DNA from: Candidatus Latescibacterota bacterium
GTDB lineage: Bacteria > Latescibacterota > UBA2968 > UBA8231
Length of the DNA: 64,000 nt
Reading direction: 5' to 3'
NCBI GenBank assembly: GCA_965217585.1
Contig: OZ244561.1
Location: 832,001 to 896,000 of the forward strand
Of this stretch, positions 28,537-37,723 are shown piece after piece. Numbering within the stretch: the first letter of the stretch is position 1; every line of letters begins with the position of its first letter. The notes below the pieces were generated by a model, which was given only the letters and a program-made list of their open reading frames with translations, made no database searches and was not told the DNA's origin. Both the position numbers and the translations under genes were made by a program.

Positions 28537-29334
28537 TTAATGATTTGGCTCGGTGCCCTTGCCGACGCTGCTCAACGGCGAGTAGCGTCTCTGAGGAAGG
28601 CCATCCGAGCGCGGATAGCCCTTTACCTTGCCCGTCCAATAACTGGGCGCGGCGGCGACGCCGAAAAGGTGGGCGAGGTTATCGCTGGCAGCGATCGTCT
28701 CCAGCGCCTGCGGCGATAGCTCTGGCAAGGCCTGTCGCATCCAGCTATGGACGTAGGAGTATTCGAGCAGTCGCAGAGCTACATCAGCGCGGTTGCCCGT
28801 GCGCGCCTGCCAGAGATTGCCGTGCAGCACTGCGGCCGACCCCGCCTTTAGGCGCAGCGGCAGGTGGTGGGGCATCTCTTCTATGTAGGTGATAGCGGGA
28901 AACGGGACTTCAGCTTTGCAACGGTGGCTCGCCGGAACCACAGTCAGACAGCCACCGTCGGGTGGGGTATCGTCTATGCACACGAATAGCTGGAGGCACA
29001 GGTTGGAGGCGGCATGATGGACCCCGAGCATGCCGGCGACCTTCCGGTGCCAACCCCTGCCGGCTGCTCCGGGCTCGACTGAGATAGCGGCAAGGGAGCG
29101 CAGAGACACATCGTCGGATAAGATCCGATGGATTATTGGGAACAGATTCGGATGTTCTGCCAGGTGGATGAAACAGTCGTCTTGATTGGGCAGATCTTCC
29201 ACAGCGCCTACCTGCGCGGCCTCAGCAAAAGCGCGTCGGACGCGGTCGAGCTCATCTGCACTCAGGGCATCTTCGACGCGGAGATAACCCTGGCTTTCGT
29301 ATTCGGCCTGCTGCCACTCGGTCAACTCATTCAC
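28537..29334 (-). CDS. PhyH-family paralog with degenerate iron-binding triad
   Basis: Aligns to the neighbour (QGYLRVEDALS, VPASH, LEYSYVHSW) but has WHRK for WHCD and LWQAR for CWHAR. Confidence 0.78.
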   Translation of the reverse strand: MNELTEWQQAEYESQGYLRVEDALSADELDRVRRAFAEAAQVGAVEDLPNQDDCFIHLAEHPNLFPIIHRILSDDVSLRSLAAISVEPGAAGRGWHRKVAGMLGVHHAASNLCLQLFVCIDDTPPDGGCLTVVPASHRCKAEVPFPAITYIEEMPHHLPLRLKAGSAAVLHGNLWQARTGNRADVALRLLEYSYVHSWMRQALPELSPQALETIAASDNLAHLFGVAAAPSYWTGKVKGYPRSDGLPQRRYSPLSSVGKGTEPNH

Positions 29335-29388
29335 CTCTCATTTCGTTCACAGATTATGAGTTGGGCCGGCCTCGAACTGGGACCAATA

Positions 29389-29432
29389 TACAAACTCTCC
29401 CGCTGTAGCCAGAGCCAGCGGGAGAGTTTGTA
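29389..29432 (-). terminator. Strong hairpin downstream of S2 (terminator or mRNA stabiliser)
   Basis: 17-bp perfect inverted repeat TACAAACTCTCCCGCTG / CAGCGGGAGAGTTTGTA with a 10-nt loop, 25 nt after the S2 stop. Confidence 0.75.
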
Positions 29433-29457
29433 GCAAAAAATTAAATGGTTGGAGCTT

Positions 29458-30375
29458 TTACCGATTGAAAGAGGCCTTGATATGGCCCCAAGTATCGTTT
29501 TCGACGGCCGTCGCTAGCAGTTCCGTGTTGACCGGCAAGAGAACCCAGTCCGGTAGGAAGTCGGCGTTTTCGGAAGATTCATTGAAGTTGAGGGCCCAGT
29601 CGGAGAAGACTTCGCCGGTCTCTTCATTGCCGCAGCACAGGCCCACGTCCCCGTCCTTGTGGCGGGCTGCCAAGCCGATGATCTCCCCTTCTTGCAGATC
29701 GTGGATGATACTGCCTTCGGGATCTTGCCAGTTGAAATCGTCCCACCACACGTGCCACAGCTCGATTTGCCAGTTGTATTCCTGGCCCAGTTCGGGCTCG
29801 GTCCACTGATAGGCGCCATCGGAATAAGGTTCCCCCCGATACCAATCGGCCTGGGTCATCCAGTGCCAGTTCCAAGGTACTCCAACCTCTTCCGTTTTGC
29901 TGTGGAAGAAGAAGTGGGAAATCTGGGCGTGGCGGTTGCGCTGACGTTGCGCTTCCTCATCGCTCTGCCCTTCCGAACTCCAGTAGAGCCCACCCGAATG
30001 ATCGGCATCGACGGCTAGTTCGATATCGTCGCGCTGGTGGCTCCAATAGTCATCGTAGCGATCATAAGCCAAGTAGATGCGCTCGGTTTCGTCGTTCCAG
30101 CCAAAGGTAAAACGCACGGCTAAATCAGACGCATCCGGCTCGGTATCAGTGACATCAATTTGGGTGATCAAGAGGTTGTTTAGATCCTGTTCGGTGATCC
30201 ACAACTCCTCTGGCACGATATCCCACTCAGACAAATCGGCATCCAGAACCGGTAATTGCGAAGTGGGCCATTGCCACATCTCGAAGATTACGCCCGGCGG
30301 ATCGTGGGCACCAGCGGATGTGGTAAAACCGAGCGCTATGGTAAAGGCCACAACACCCTTTAAGAGCTTGCTCAT
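29458..30375 (-). CDS. Small acidic secreted protein S2, paralog of S1, with C-terminal TAVENDTWGHIKASF motif
   Basis: AAGGAGG RBS; signal ending AGA-H; QWPTSQLPVLDADLSEW, GWNDETERIY, DADHSGG, HDLQEGEIIG. Confidence 0.7.
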   Translation of the reverse strand: MSKLLKGVVAFTIALGFTTSAGAHDPPGVIFEMWQWPTSQLPVLDADLSEWDIVPEELWITEQDLNNLLITQIDVTDTEPDASDLAVRFTFGWNDETERIYLAYDRYDDYWSHQRDDIELAVDADHSGGLYWSSEGQSDEEAQRQRNRHAQISHFFFHSKTEEVGVPWNWHWMTQADWYRGEPYSDGAYQWTEPELGQEYNWQIELWHVWWDDFNWQDPEGSIIHDLQEGEIIGLAARHKDGDVGLCCGNEETGEVFSDWALNFNESSENADFLPDWVLLPVNTELLATAVENDTWGHIKASFNR

Positions 30376-30452
30376 AGATTCCTCCTTGTGGAAGGGCAGG
30401 AGCGCTTATGGATTGGAGAGGCTACACTGTCTTTTTGTAGCTACCATTTTAG

Positions 30453-30470
30453 TATAGATAACCATCTATA
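30453..30470. promoter_or_regulatory. Palindromic candidate operator overlapping the likely S2 promoter
   Basis: TATAGAT-AACC-ATCTATA; on the minus strand it lies between TTGACT/TTGCAG and TATACT. Confidence 0.35.
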
Positions 30471-30589
30471 GACTGCAAGTCAATGTTTTCTTAATAGCCA
30501 ATCGGGACGCAGCAAATGTATAATTTACGTTGATAAAACATCTATATCGCTCATTTTGGTCTTTCAATTAAGTTTATTGCCTGAATCCA

Positions 30590-30643
30590 CTGGACTCCCG
30601 CTTTCGCGGGAGTGACGTCATTCCCGCGAAAGCGGGAATCCAG
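30590..30643. repeat. Inverted dimer of REP-like palindromes
   Basis: CTGGACTCCCGCTTTCGCGGGAGTGAC directly abutting GTCATTCCCGCGAAAGCGGGAATCCAG; the units are reverse complements apart from two compensating substitutions. Confidence 0.85.
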
Positions 30644-30708
30644 ACTAAAAGACCAAAATAAAAATGGCAACTAACCTTTTTGAAACACCAATTTAGCGCG
30701 GCGTTAAA

Positions 30709-32601
30709 TTGTTTAAAAAACGCACACAAGCCGAATCTTTTGGCATTTTCTCCATTCCGTGGGGTGTATTCGTCCTAGCTTTGGCCATGCGGGTGGCCTA
30801 CATTTTCCAGCTCGAGACCAGTCCTCTGTTTGCCCACCCCCCCGTCGACGGCCTCACCTACGTAGAGCACGCCGAGGACCTAGCATCGGGGAACTGGCTG
30901 GGACGGGGTCGGGAAGCCTTCTGGCAACCGCCTCTATATCCCTATATGCTGGGCCTGTTATATGCTCTCTCTCCCGATCTATTTTTTTACGCGGTACGCT
31001 TTTTTCAGGCGCTCTGCGGCGCTTTGCTCTGCGTCCTGACTTGGTCGCTAGGACGACAGCTTTTCAATACCGCGGTCGGCGCAGTGGCGGCCGGCGCTGC
31101 CGCCCTCTATGGCCCGCTGATCTTTTTTGCCGGCGAAATACTTCCGGCCACGATGGGTAATTTTCTCAATATGGCGGGATTGGCGCTGCTGCTTAGGGCC
31201 CTTCGTCGCCCCTCTTTTTTGCGATTTGCCGGGGCGGGCCTGGTGTTTGGTCTGGCCGTTCTGACGGTGGCCACCGTGCTCAGCTTCGCGCTCGGGGCCG
31301 CTATCTACGTCTGCTACGAGATCCGCAAGCAAAACCGGTCTTTGCTGGAACAGTTGCTCCTGCCCAGCGCCTTGCTGTTGGGTTTGCTCGTAGCCATCGC
31401 CCCAGTGACCGTGCGCAACTACGCCATCGGTGGCGATGCCGTGCTCATCTCTTCCAATGCCGGCATCAATTTCTACCTTGGCAATAATCCGGATTACCAG
31501 CGCACGGTGAATGTTCGTCCGGGATGGGAATGGTACGAACTGTTGAACCGGGCCAGAGCCGAGGCCCAAGCCGAACGGCTGGTGCAGCAATCCGATTTTT
31601 ACATGGACAAAGCCCGAGAGTACCTAGTCGCCCGACCCGTTGATTATTTGCTCCTGCTGGCCCAAAAAACCCACCTTTTCTGGCAGGGCGATGAAATTGG
31701 CCGCAATCAGGACCTGTATTTTTGGCGCCGCTATACAGCCATCCTGAGCGCGACTATGTGGAAATGGGGCCTTGCCTTTCCCTTCGGTCTGGTCGGTCCT
31801 CTGGCGCTGGTGGGCCTCTCACTGGCCATTCGCCATCGCGCTTTCTCCTTGCCCCTTTTGTTTGTCGTGCTGTACGCCCTTTCCGTCATCGCCTTTTTCG
31901 TAACGGCGCGTTATCGCCTGCCGGTTATTCCCCTGCTGCTGGTGTACGCCACTTATGGTGGGTACTGCGCTGTGAATGCCCTGCGGCAGCGCTGTTTCTC
32001 GGCTACTGCCGCCATGGCCGCAGGGGTGATCTTTTGTATGGTGTTCGCCAATGTGGGTCTGGCACCAATGAATATGGAGGGCGACGCCGCCGTGCACTAC
32101 AATCTGGGCAATGCCTACGCCAAAGAGGGCGAACTGGAAAGGGCACAAGCGGCATTCGAGCGGGCCGTACACTTTGATTCGGCCTACTGGCAGGCGTGGT
32201 ACAATTTGGCATCTGTCCAGGCCGCCCAAGGCCAGGCCGGCGCTGCGATCCCCACTTTTCAACGGGTGTTGAGGGTCTATCCGCAAAGAGTCATGGTGTG
32301 GATCAGCCTGGCTCGGGCCCACCGCCAGCTCGGGGAAAACGACCGGGCCCTAAAAGCCTACGAAATCGCCCTCCGCCGCAATCCCTCGGCATTTAATTTT
32401 TACGGCTCTTATAGCGAGTTGATCGATCTGTACTTGCAACAAGACCAAGCCCCCAAGGCGGAGCAAGTGCTGGAAATCGCGTCTAAATACCATCCCGCGG
32501 AGGCCCAGCGCCTCAGAGGCCTTTATGGAAAGGGTGCATTACCGCGAAACGAGGCGGTTGAGCGGCAGTTGCCGTTTCTGTACATTCCCGGCCGTCCGTG
32601 A
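30709..32601 (+). CDS. GT-C (ArnT/PMT-like) membrane glycosyltransferase fused to C-terminal TPRs
   Basis: PPVDGLTY, FWQPPLYPYMLG, ISSNAGINFYLGN, FFVTARYRLPVIP; then TPRs (VHYNLGNAY, AWYNLASV). Confidence 0.8.
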   Translation: MFKKRTQAESFGIFSIPWGVFVLALAMRVAYIFQLETSPLFAHPPVDGLTYVEHAEDLASGNWLGRGREAFWQPPLYPYMLGLLYALSPDLFFYAVRFFQALCGALLCVLTWSLGRQLFNTAVGAVAAGAAALYGPLIFFAGEILPATMGNFLNMAGLALLLRALRRPSFLRFAGAGLVFGLAVLTVATVLSFALGAAIYVCYEIRKQNRSLLEQLLLPSALLLGLLVAIAPVTVRNYAIGGDAVLISSNAGINFYLGNNPDYQRTVNVRPGWEWYELLNRARAEAQAERLVQQSDFYMDKAREYLVARPVDYLLLLAQKTHLFWQGDEIGRNQDLYFWRRYTAILSATMWKWGLAFPFGLVGPLALVGLSLAIRHRAFSLPLLFVVLYALSVIAFFVTARYRLPVIPLLLVYATYGGYCAVNALRQRCFSATAAMAAGVIFCMVFANVGLAPMNMEGDAAVHYNLGNAYAKEGELERAQAAFERAVHFDSAYWQAWYNLASVQAAQGQAGAAIPTFQRVLRVYPQRVMVWISLARAHRQLGENDRALKAYEIALRRNPSAFNFYGSYSELIDLYLQQDQAPKAEQVLEIASKYHPAEAQRLRGLYGKGALPRNEAVERQLPFLYIPGRP

Positions 32602-32646
32602 ATTTGTGGCCGCGTTCTCGCTTAGTTTCACTGAAAAGGGACTGAC

Positions 32647-34890
32647 GTGAAAAAGAGAATCCCCCTGCTCGTGATTTCTTGGCTGAGCGCGGCAAATATC
32701 GGGAGCGCGGTCGAAGAAATCGTCCTCGTTGGCAGCAGTGGATCATTGCCGTGGCGAGAAGGGGGTGGGACCATTGCGCCGACTGCGATCTTGGATGAGT
32801 CCACCGTCAATCAGACCAATACCCCCGGTGGAGTGATCGACTTCGAGTCCATTGATTTCCCCGGGTGGATTTTTCCGCAAAGGGTCGACACGACCGACAA
32901 CATTCTCATCGGCCTCACCAGCAAAGAGCGCGGCGGCTCGATCAGCAGTCCCATCCCCAGTGCCCAAGTCAGCTTCAAAGACGATTACAAAAAATTGATC
33001 GACGCCGACGGTCAAACAGCGTTGGAAGTAAGAGCTACTTCCAGCGCCTCCAGTGCCGGTGCGCTCGGTCTGATCTTAGAATTCGATCTCAACGCACTAT
33101 TCGCCGTCAATCGCATCCGATTTTTTCCCCGCAATGCCGCTCCCCAACTGCCGGCACCTGACTTTCCCTTTCAGAACGATTTTATCAAGGGGTACGAGAT
33201 TTTTATCAATGACGGCCGGCCCGAATCCCATCTCAACGGTCGCCCGATATGGACGACAATCGCCCTCGAAGGCCAGAACGAGGAAGCGGTCGTCGATCTG
33301 CTCATCCCCACTCAATTCGTGCGCCAGATACGCTTCAAATCGCTTACGACAGCCGACTTCGAGATTGCCGAGTTCCAGGTTTTTGCCGAGGGGTTTGTGC
33401 CGCAGGCGACCTATCTGTCCAATGTATTCGATTTTGGCGAGCCGGCCTTGCTGGGCCACTTGCGCTGGACCCAAGAAACCATCGGTGACTCCGTGCTCTC
33501 GGATATGCAAATTCGCACGCGCACGGGTGTGGATCCCGAGCCGGTCGAGTTTACCCGAGTCGGCATCCAGAGTATCGGCCTGGCCGAGGTGAGCCGCACG
33601 GTGGGGGGCGTGTCGAATCTGGAAGAAATTCGGGTCAAAGTACCCTGGAAGCGCCCTCAAGACGTGGAGGACGATGAACTTAGAACTTTGGTCGAAACCG
33701 AGCTAGAGGACGATTTGCTGAGCGGAGAAGAGGCGCTTTTGGCCTGGACCCGGCTGCCACTAAAACTGCGAGCACAGCTCGAGATTTCGCAAGCCGAGTA
33801 CGGCAAGATCAAAGAGCGGGGGCCGATTCGCGATGATCTGACGAACTGGAGTCCTTGGTCTCCCCCGTACTCGGCCGCCGGTATGGTCGAAGCCCAAGCC
33901 TTGGAAATACCCGGGTCGGGAACGCCGATGCTCTCTCCCAATCCCCGCCGCTATTTTCAATTTATGGTCGAGTTTGCCAGCCGGGGCTTTGACGCGGCCT
34001 CCGGCTTGAGGGCCTTAGCCTTTGATCTGTCCACGCCGGCTCTGGCCGATACCCTCATCGGGGAAGTGTTTCCCCGGCACGCCGACGTCGGTGCAGCGAC
34101 TGTTTTCACCTACGCCGTCCTGGCGAAGATTGGCCAGACGACGGCCGGTTTTGACCAATTGGAGATCGAGACGCCGCTTAAGGTGGAGTCCATTGGCATG
34201 GTAGAGGTCCACGGGCCCGATGGCGAGATCGAATCGGCCGATTTTTCAGCGCGCTCATTGGACGATCTCCCCGTCGAAGCAGGCAGCGGCTTTGCGGTGT
34301 TGGCCGTCTCAGACCATGGCCTACTTTTGCACTTGCCGCCAGTGAACCAAAATAATGCGCTCGTCAAGTTGGAATTCGCAACAGCGGTTTTGCGTTTTGG
34401 CACGGTATTCTCGGCTCGAGTGTTCAAGACCGAAGTCGGCGCAGTGGGACAAAATATACTCGCGGGCAATGCGGCGGATTTAGGACGAGGGACACTAGTA
34501 GATCCCGATCTAGTCCGCATTGGCGCTTCTGTTCCCACCAATCTGACCGTAGAGGTGGCCATAAGCAACGATCTATTGACCAATGTGCGCGCTGCGCCAG
34601 TCGCATTTACACCCAATGGGGATCAAATCAACGATCACACTTCTATTCACTACGATATCACCAATATAGCTAGTCCCGTTCTCGTGGAGATCGAACTATT
34701 TGATTTGGCCGGCCGAGCGATCAGGTCTCTGCAAATGGCAAAACAGACCAGCGGGCGTTTTGCCATTGCCTGGGAGGGCACCGATGGTGAGGGTCGGCTC
34801 GTGCCTCCGGGGCATTACATATACACCGTTACGCTGAACGCCGATACCGGCGCTGACAGCAGGGTCGGTGCCGTCGGCGTTGTCTATTAA
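32647..34890 (+). CDS. Cassette protein A2 (paralog of A1)
   Basis: Shares W..GGGTI, TNTPG.VIDF, WIFPQR.DT, FPRNA...PAPDFPFQNDF, GQNEEAVVD, FEIAEFQVF with A1; C-terminal FTPNGDQIND...WEGTDGEG...PGHY...VVY. Confidence 0.75.
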   Translation: MKKRIPLLVISWLSAANIGSAVEEIVLVGSSGSLPWREGGGTIAPTAILDESTVNQTNTPGGVIDFESIDFPGWIFPQRVDTTDNILIGLTSKERGGSISSPIPSAQVSFKDDYKKLIDADGQTALEVRATSSASSAGALGLILEFDLNALFAVNRIRFFPRNAAPQLPAPDFPFQNDFIKGYEIFINDGRPESHLNGRPIWTTIALEGQNEEAVVDLLIPTQFVRQIRFKSLTTADFEIAEFQVFAEGFVPQATYLSNVFDFGEPALLGHLRWTQETIGDSVLSDMQIRTRTGVDPEPVEFTRVGIQSIGLAEVSRTVGGVSNLEEIRVKVPWKRPQDVEDDELRTLVETELEDDLLSGEEALLAWTRLPLKLRAQLEISQAEYGKIKERGPIRDDLTNWSPWSPPYSAAGMVEAQALEIPGSGTPMLSPNPRRYFQFMVEFASRGFDAASGLRALAFDLSTPALADTLIGEVFPRHADVGAATVFTYAVLAKIGQTTAGFDQLEIETPLKVESIGMVEVHGPDGEIESADFSARSLDDLPVEAGSGFAVLAVSDHGLLLHLPPVNQNNALVKLEFATAVLRFGTVFSARVFKTEVGAVGQNILAGNAADLGRGTLVDPDLVRIGASVPTNLTVEVAISNDLLTNVRAAPVAFTPNGDQINDHTSIHYDITNIASPVLVEIELFDLAGRAIRSLQMAKQTSGRFAIAWEGTDGEGRLVPPGHYIYTVTLNADTGADSRVGAVGVVY

Positions 34891-34901
34891 AAGCCTACGA
34901 G

Positions 34902-37721
34902 GTGAGCATGTCATCTGCATTGGGCCTATGGGCAAACCGCAATGAGCTGGGGGGATTCTTCCTGCTATTGTCGCTTTTGCTCGGTGTTGGCCGCTCGGAG
35001 GCCCAGGACTACGGATCTCGCCTCGGGACCCAGCGCGGCGGCGAGGTGAGCTTTGAACCCCGCGGCCCGGGGGTCCTATTCGGGGCGCTCGACCCGTCGG
35101 TGCGCAAATGGTACGTGCCGCAGGAATTGTACAACGAATACCAGTGGCGTCAGTGGGAATATTCCAACTACGCGCGTCAGCCCTACCAGCGCTATGTCAA
35201 TACCGCGCTCGAAGGCAATTACTTCTACGATATCTACGGCCATTACGTCACGCGCGGATGGCTGGTGTACGACTGGCACCAGGACCAGCCCCAGGCCCTG
35301 GGCAGCAGCGTCTTTAAGGATGGCCGCTTCAACGACTGGTTCAACAATCTCACGGTGAGTAGCGATTCCAAGGGCCAGTTTTCCTATGCGATCACAGTCG
35401 GCAACGAGATCCGCACCACCCTCACCCCCATGACATTTTCCAAGCCTCGTTTTAATGGGCTCCAGATGGACTTCGCGGCAGATAAATACCTAGCCACCAT
35501 CCTTGCCTCGCGCATAAGTGATCCGGCTACGGGCGTGACCCCACAGCCTGCTAGAGTCTCCAATTCCACCAGTCTCATTGGCGGACGGGCGACCGTGCAA
35601 GTGGGCGACTTCATCACCCTCGGCGGCACCTTGGTGGACGCCCGCAACGCCAATACCGGATTGGACGTATTCAGCGGCGATCTGATCGCCGGTAGCCTGA
35701 CGGCCGGCCAGTCTTCAACACCGGTCACCGCCATCGCCATGGTGCTGAGCGACGATTCACCAGAAGACGGGGTCGGAGGAGCCGCCCTTTTCAGCCACGA
35801 CATTCGCATCACCGCCCGCAATTTCGATACGGAGCTAGAGACGGTCTTCACGCTCCAGCAAGTGGTGCGCGAGGGGCTCGAGTGGCCGGTCATTTTTGGC
35901 GGGTTTCCCAAAGAGGGCTTCACGGCCGCCGACGGCGACGAGCGCATTGTCTTGAACTACGATTTCAACAGCCCGGCCTACGTCGGTCCTGATCCGCTCT
36001 CGATTGTCAGGGTCGAATTCGACTACGTATTAGCCAATGACTTCAAAGTGGAAATGTGGTCGAACAAGCAGACCGGCCGGCGCTCCACCCCGGCACCGCC
36101 CATCACCAGCCAAGTCATCGAGGAAAGTGAACCCGCCCTGATTGTGCTGCGGCGGGCGGAGGGCAATGTGCGAGATATATCGAACTTGCAACGGGTGCGG
36201 TATGAATACGGTTTGCCCACGGCCAATATGGTTGGGGGCTTCACCATCGAGGGCAAAGATGTATTTGGCTTTGATTTCAACGGGGAGTGGGACCGCAATC
36301 TGCGCTTTTTTCAGTATCCCAATCCCGCCATTTTTTCGGCTAGCGGCAATCACGAAATCTCTTCGCTGCACGCCGATGCCTATTTTTTCAACCTATCCAG
36401 ACAGCAATACCCGTGGTTCGGTTTTTTTGAGGGCTATTCCATCGCCGAAGACTATTCGACGACGGCGGCATTCGTCGTCGACCACTCCGGTGACATTCTC
36501 TACGATTCGCCCACGACCGCCTTCTACGAATTCGTCGACGACAACGACGATCAAGACCGTGCACCCGATTGGGTGCGCCGGGGGCAATCAGTCGGCGATA
36601 ATATTGTTTTTCCCGGCTGGGATGAAAATAACGACTTCATCTCCGACTTCAATCAGAACGACAACGCCACCATACCCAATAGCTTGCCCGATTACGAAGA
36701 ACCTTTTCTGAGATTCGCGGTGGACCGTCCGGAGTTTCTCTTCGGCATCGATCTCAACAACAACGACTGGATCGACCGCTTTGAAGACGATGTGCTGCCG
36801 GACTATCTCTACAAGGCCGACCGCAGCGGGTACAATGCTTTTGTGGGGCTCGACATCGCTCCGAATGTGCGTCTTTTGCTGGGACGGGTGGACGAGCGCA
36901 TGTTTTCCCAGCAGCGAGAAAACGAATCCACCTATGGATTATTCACCTTTGACCGCAACTGGGCGGGTTTTGGACGCGTGCGGGTTTTCGCAATGCTCAA
37001 GCGGGTGAAAGACACCATCCCGGACGATCGCCGGGCGCCATCGCCGTACTTAACGGCCCCGGCCCGACCGCTGGTGCCGGATATTTTGCCGGCCGCGGAT
37101 ACCTGGGTCAACTCGTCGTTCATCGCCGTCGATCATCTCGGAGTGCCGGGCCTCGAATTAACCTCTAAGCTGAAATACGACTTCTACCATCAAGTGCTAG
37201 ACGATCCAAGGGACCTCAATGAACGGCCCCTCCGCGATTTTACCAGTTTTTTTGGTATGATCAACAAAGCGTCTTATACCGCGGAATGGGGTCCCTTTTT
37301 GCTGCGACCCGGTCTAAAGAGCGAGTACTTTCGGCGGAGCGAATTCTTGCAGGAAGAGGAGCCCCGCCAACACTGGGCCGGGATCGCCCAAGTGTTGGCT
37401 CAGACGCGGCTGACACCCAATACCAGAATCGAAGCGGGACTCGAGTTGTTGCGCTTGCGCGATCTGGTCGCCGACGAAGACGACATGCTCGCCAGAGGAG
37501 TCGCGGCAGAGACCGGAGATCTGACTTCGACTCAGGTCGCCGTCCAACTGTCGGTCACCTCGGGATACCTCGGGTATATCCTCACCACTCAGGTCGGGTT
37601 GCGGGTCGGGCACATCGGCACGGAGCGCATTCGCGAAGCTGCGCCGGGCGTCTTTGAGAAAGGGAGTAAAGGGCGCTCGGAAACGACCAGTTTTATCACG
37701 GTTTTTGCAGGGGTCGAGTAA
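34902..37721 (+). CDS. Cassette protein B2 (paralog of B1), probable outer-membrane beta-barrel
   Basis: SEA-QDYGSRLGTQRGGEVSFEPRGPGVLFGALDP; same acidic segment; ends ...TSFITVFAGVE. Confidence 0.65.
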   Translation: MSMSSALGLWANRNELGGFFLLLSLLLGVGRSEAQDYGSRLGTQRGGEVSFEPRGPGVLFGALDPSVRKWYVPQELYNEYQWRQWEYSNYARQPYQRYVNTALEGNYFYDIYGHYVTRGWLVYDWHQDQPQALGSSVFKDGRFNDWFNNLTVSSDSKGQFSYAITVGNEIRTTLTPMTFSKPRFNGLQMDFAADKYLATILASRISDPATGVTPQPARVSNSTSLIGGRATVQVGDFITLGGTLVDARNANTGLDVFSGDLIAGSLTAGQSSTPVTAIAMVLSDDSPEDGVGGAALFSHDIRITARNFDTELETVFTLQQVVREGLEWPVIFGGFPKEGFTAADGDERIVLNYDFNSPAYVGPDPLSIVRVEFDYVLANDFKVEMWSNKQTGRRSTPAPPITSQVIEESEPALIVLRRAEGNVRDISNLQRVRYEYGLPTANMVGGFTIEGKDVFGFDFNGEWDRNLRFFQYPNPAIFSASGNHEISSLHADAYFFNLSRQQYPWFGFFEGYSIAEDYSTTAAFVVDHSGDILYDSPTTAFYEFVDDNDDQDRAPDWVRRGQSVGDNIVFPGWDENNDFISDFNQNDNATIPNSLPDYEEPFLRFAVDRPEFLFGIDLNNNDWIDRFEDDVLPDYLYKADRSGYNAFVGLDIAPNVRLLLGRVDERMFSQQRENESTYGLFTFDRNWAGFGRVRVFAMLKRVKDTIPDDRRAPSPYLTAPARPLVPDILPAADTWVNSSFIAVDHLGVPGLELTSKLKYDFYHQVLDDPRDLNERPLRDFTSFFGMINKASYTAEWGPFLLRPGLKSEYFRRSEFLQEEEPRQHWAGIAQVLAQTRLTPNTRIEAGLELLRLRDLVADEDDMLARGVAAETGDLTSTQVAVQLSVTSGYLGYILTTQVGLRVGHIGTERIREAAPGVFEKGSKGRSETTSFITVFAGVE

Positions 37722-37723
37722 AG

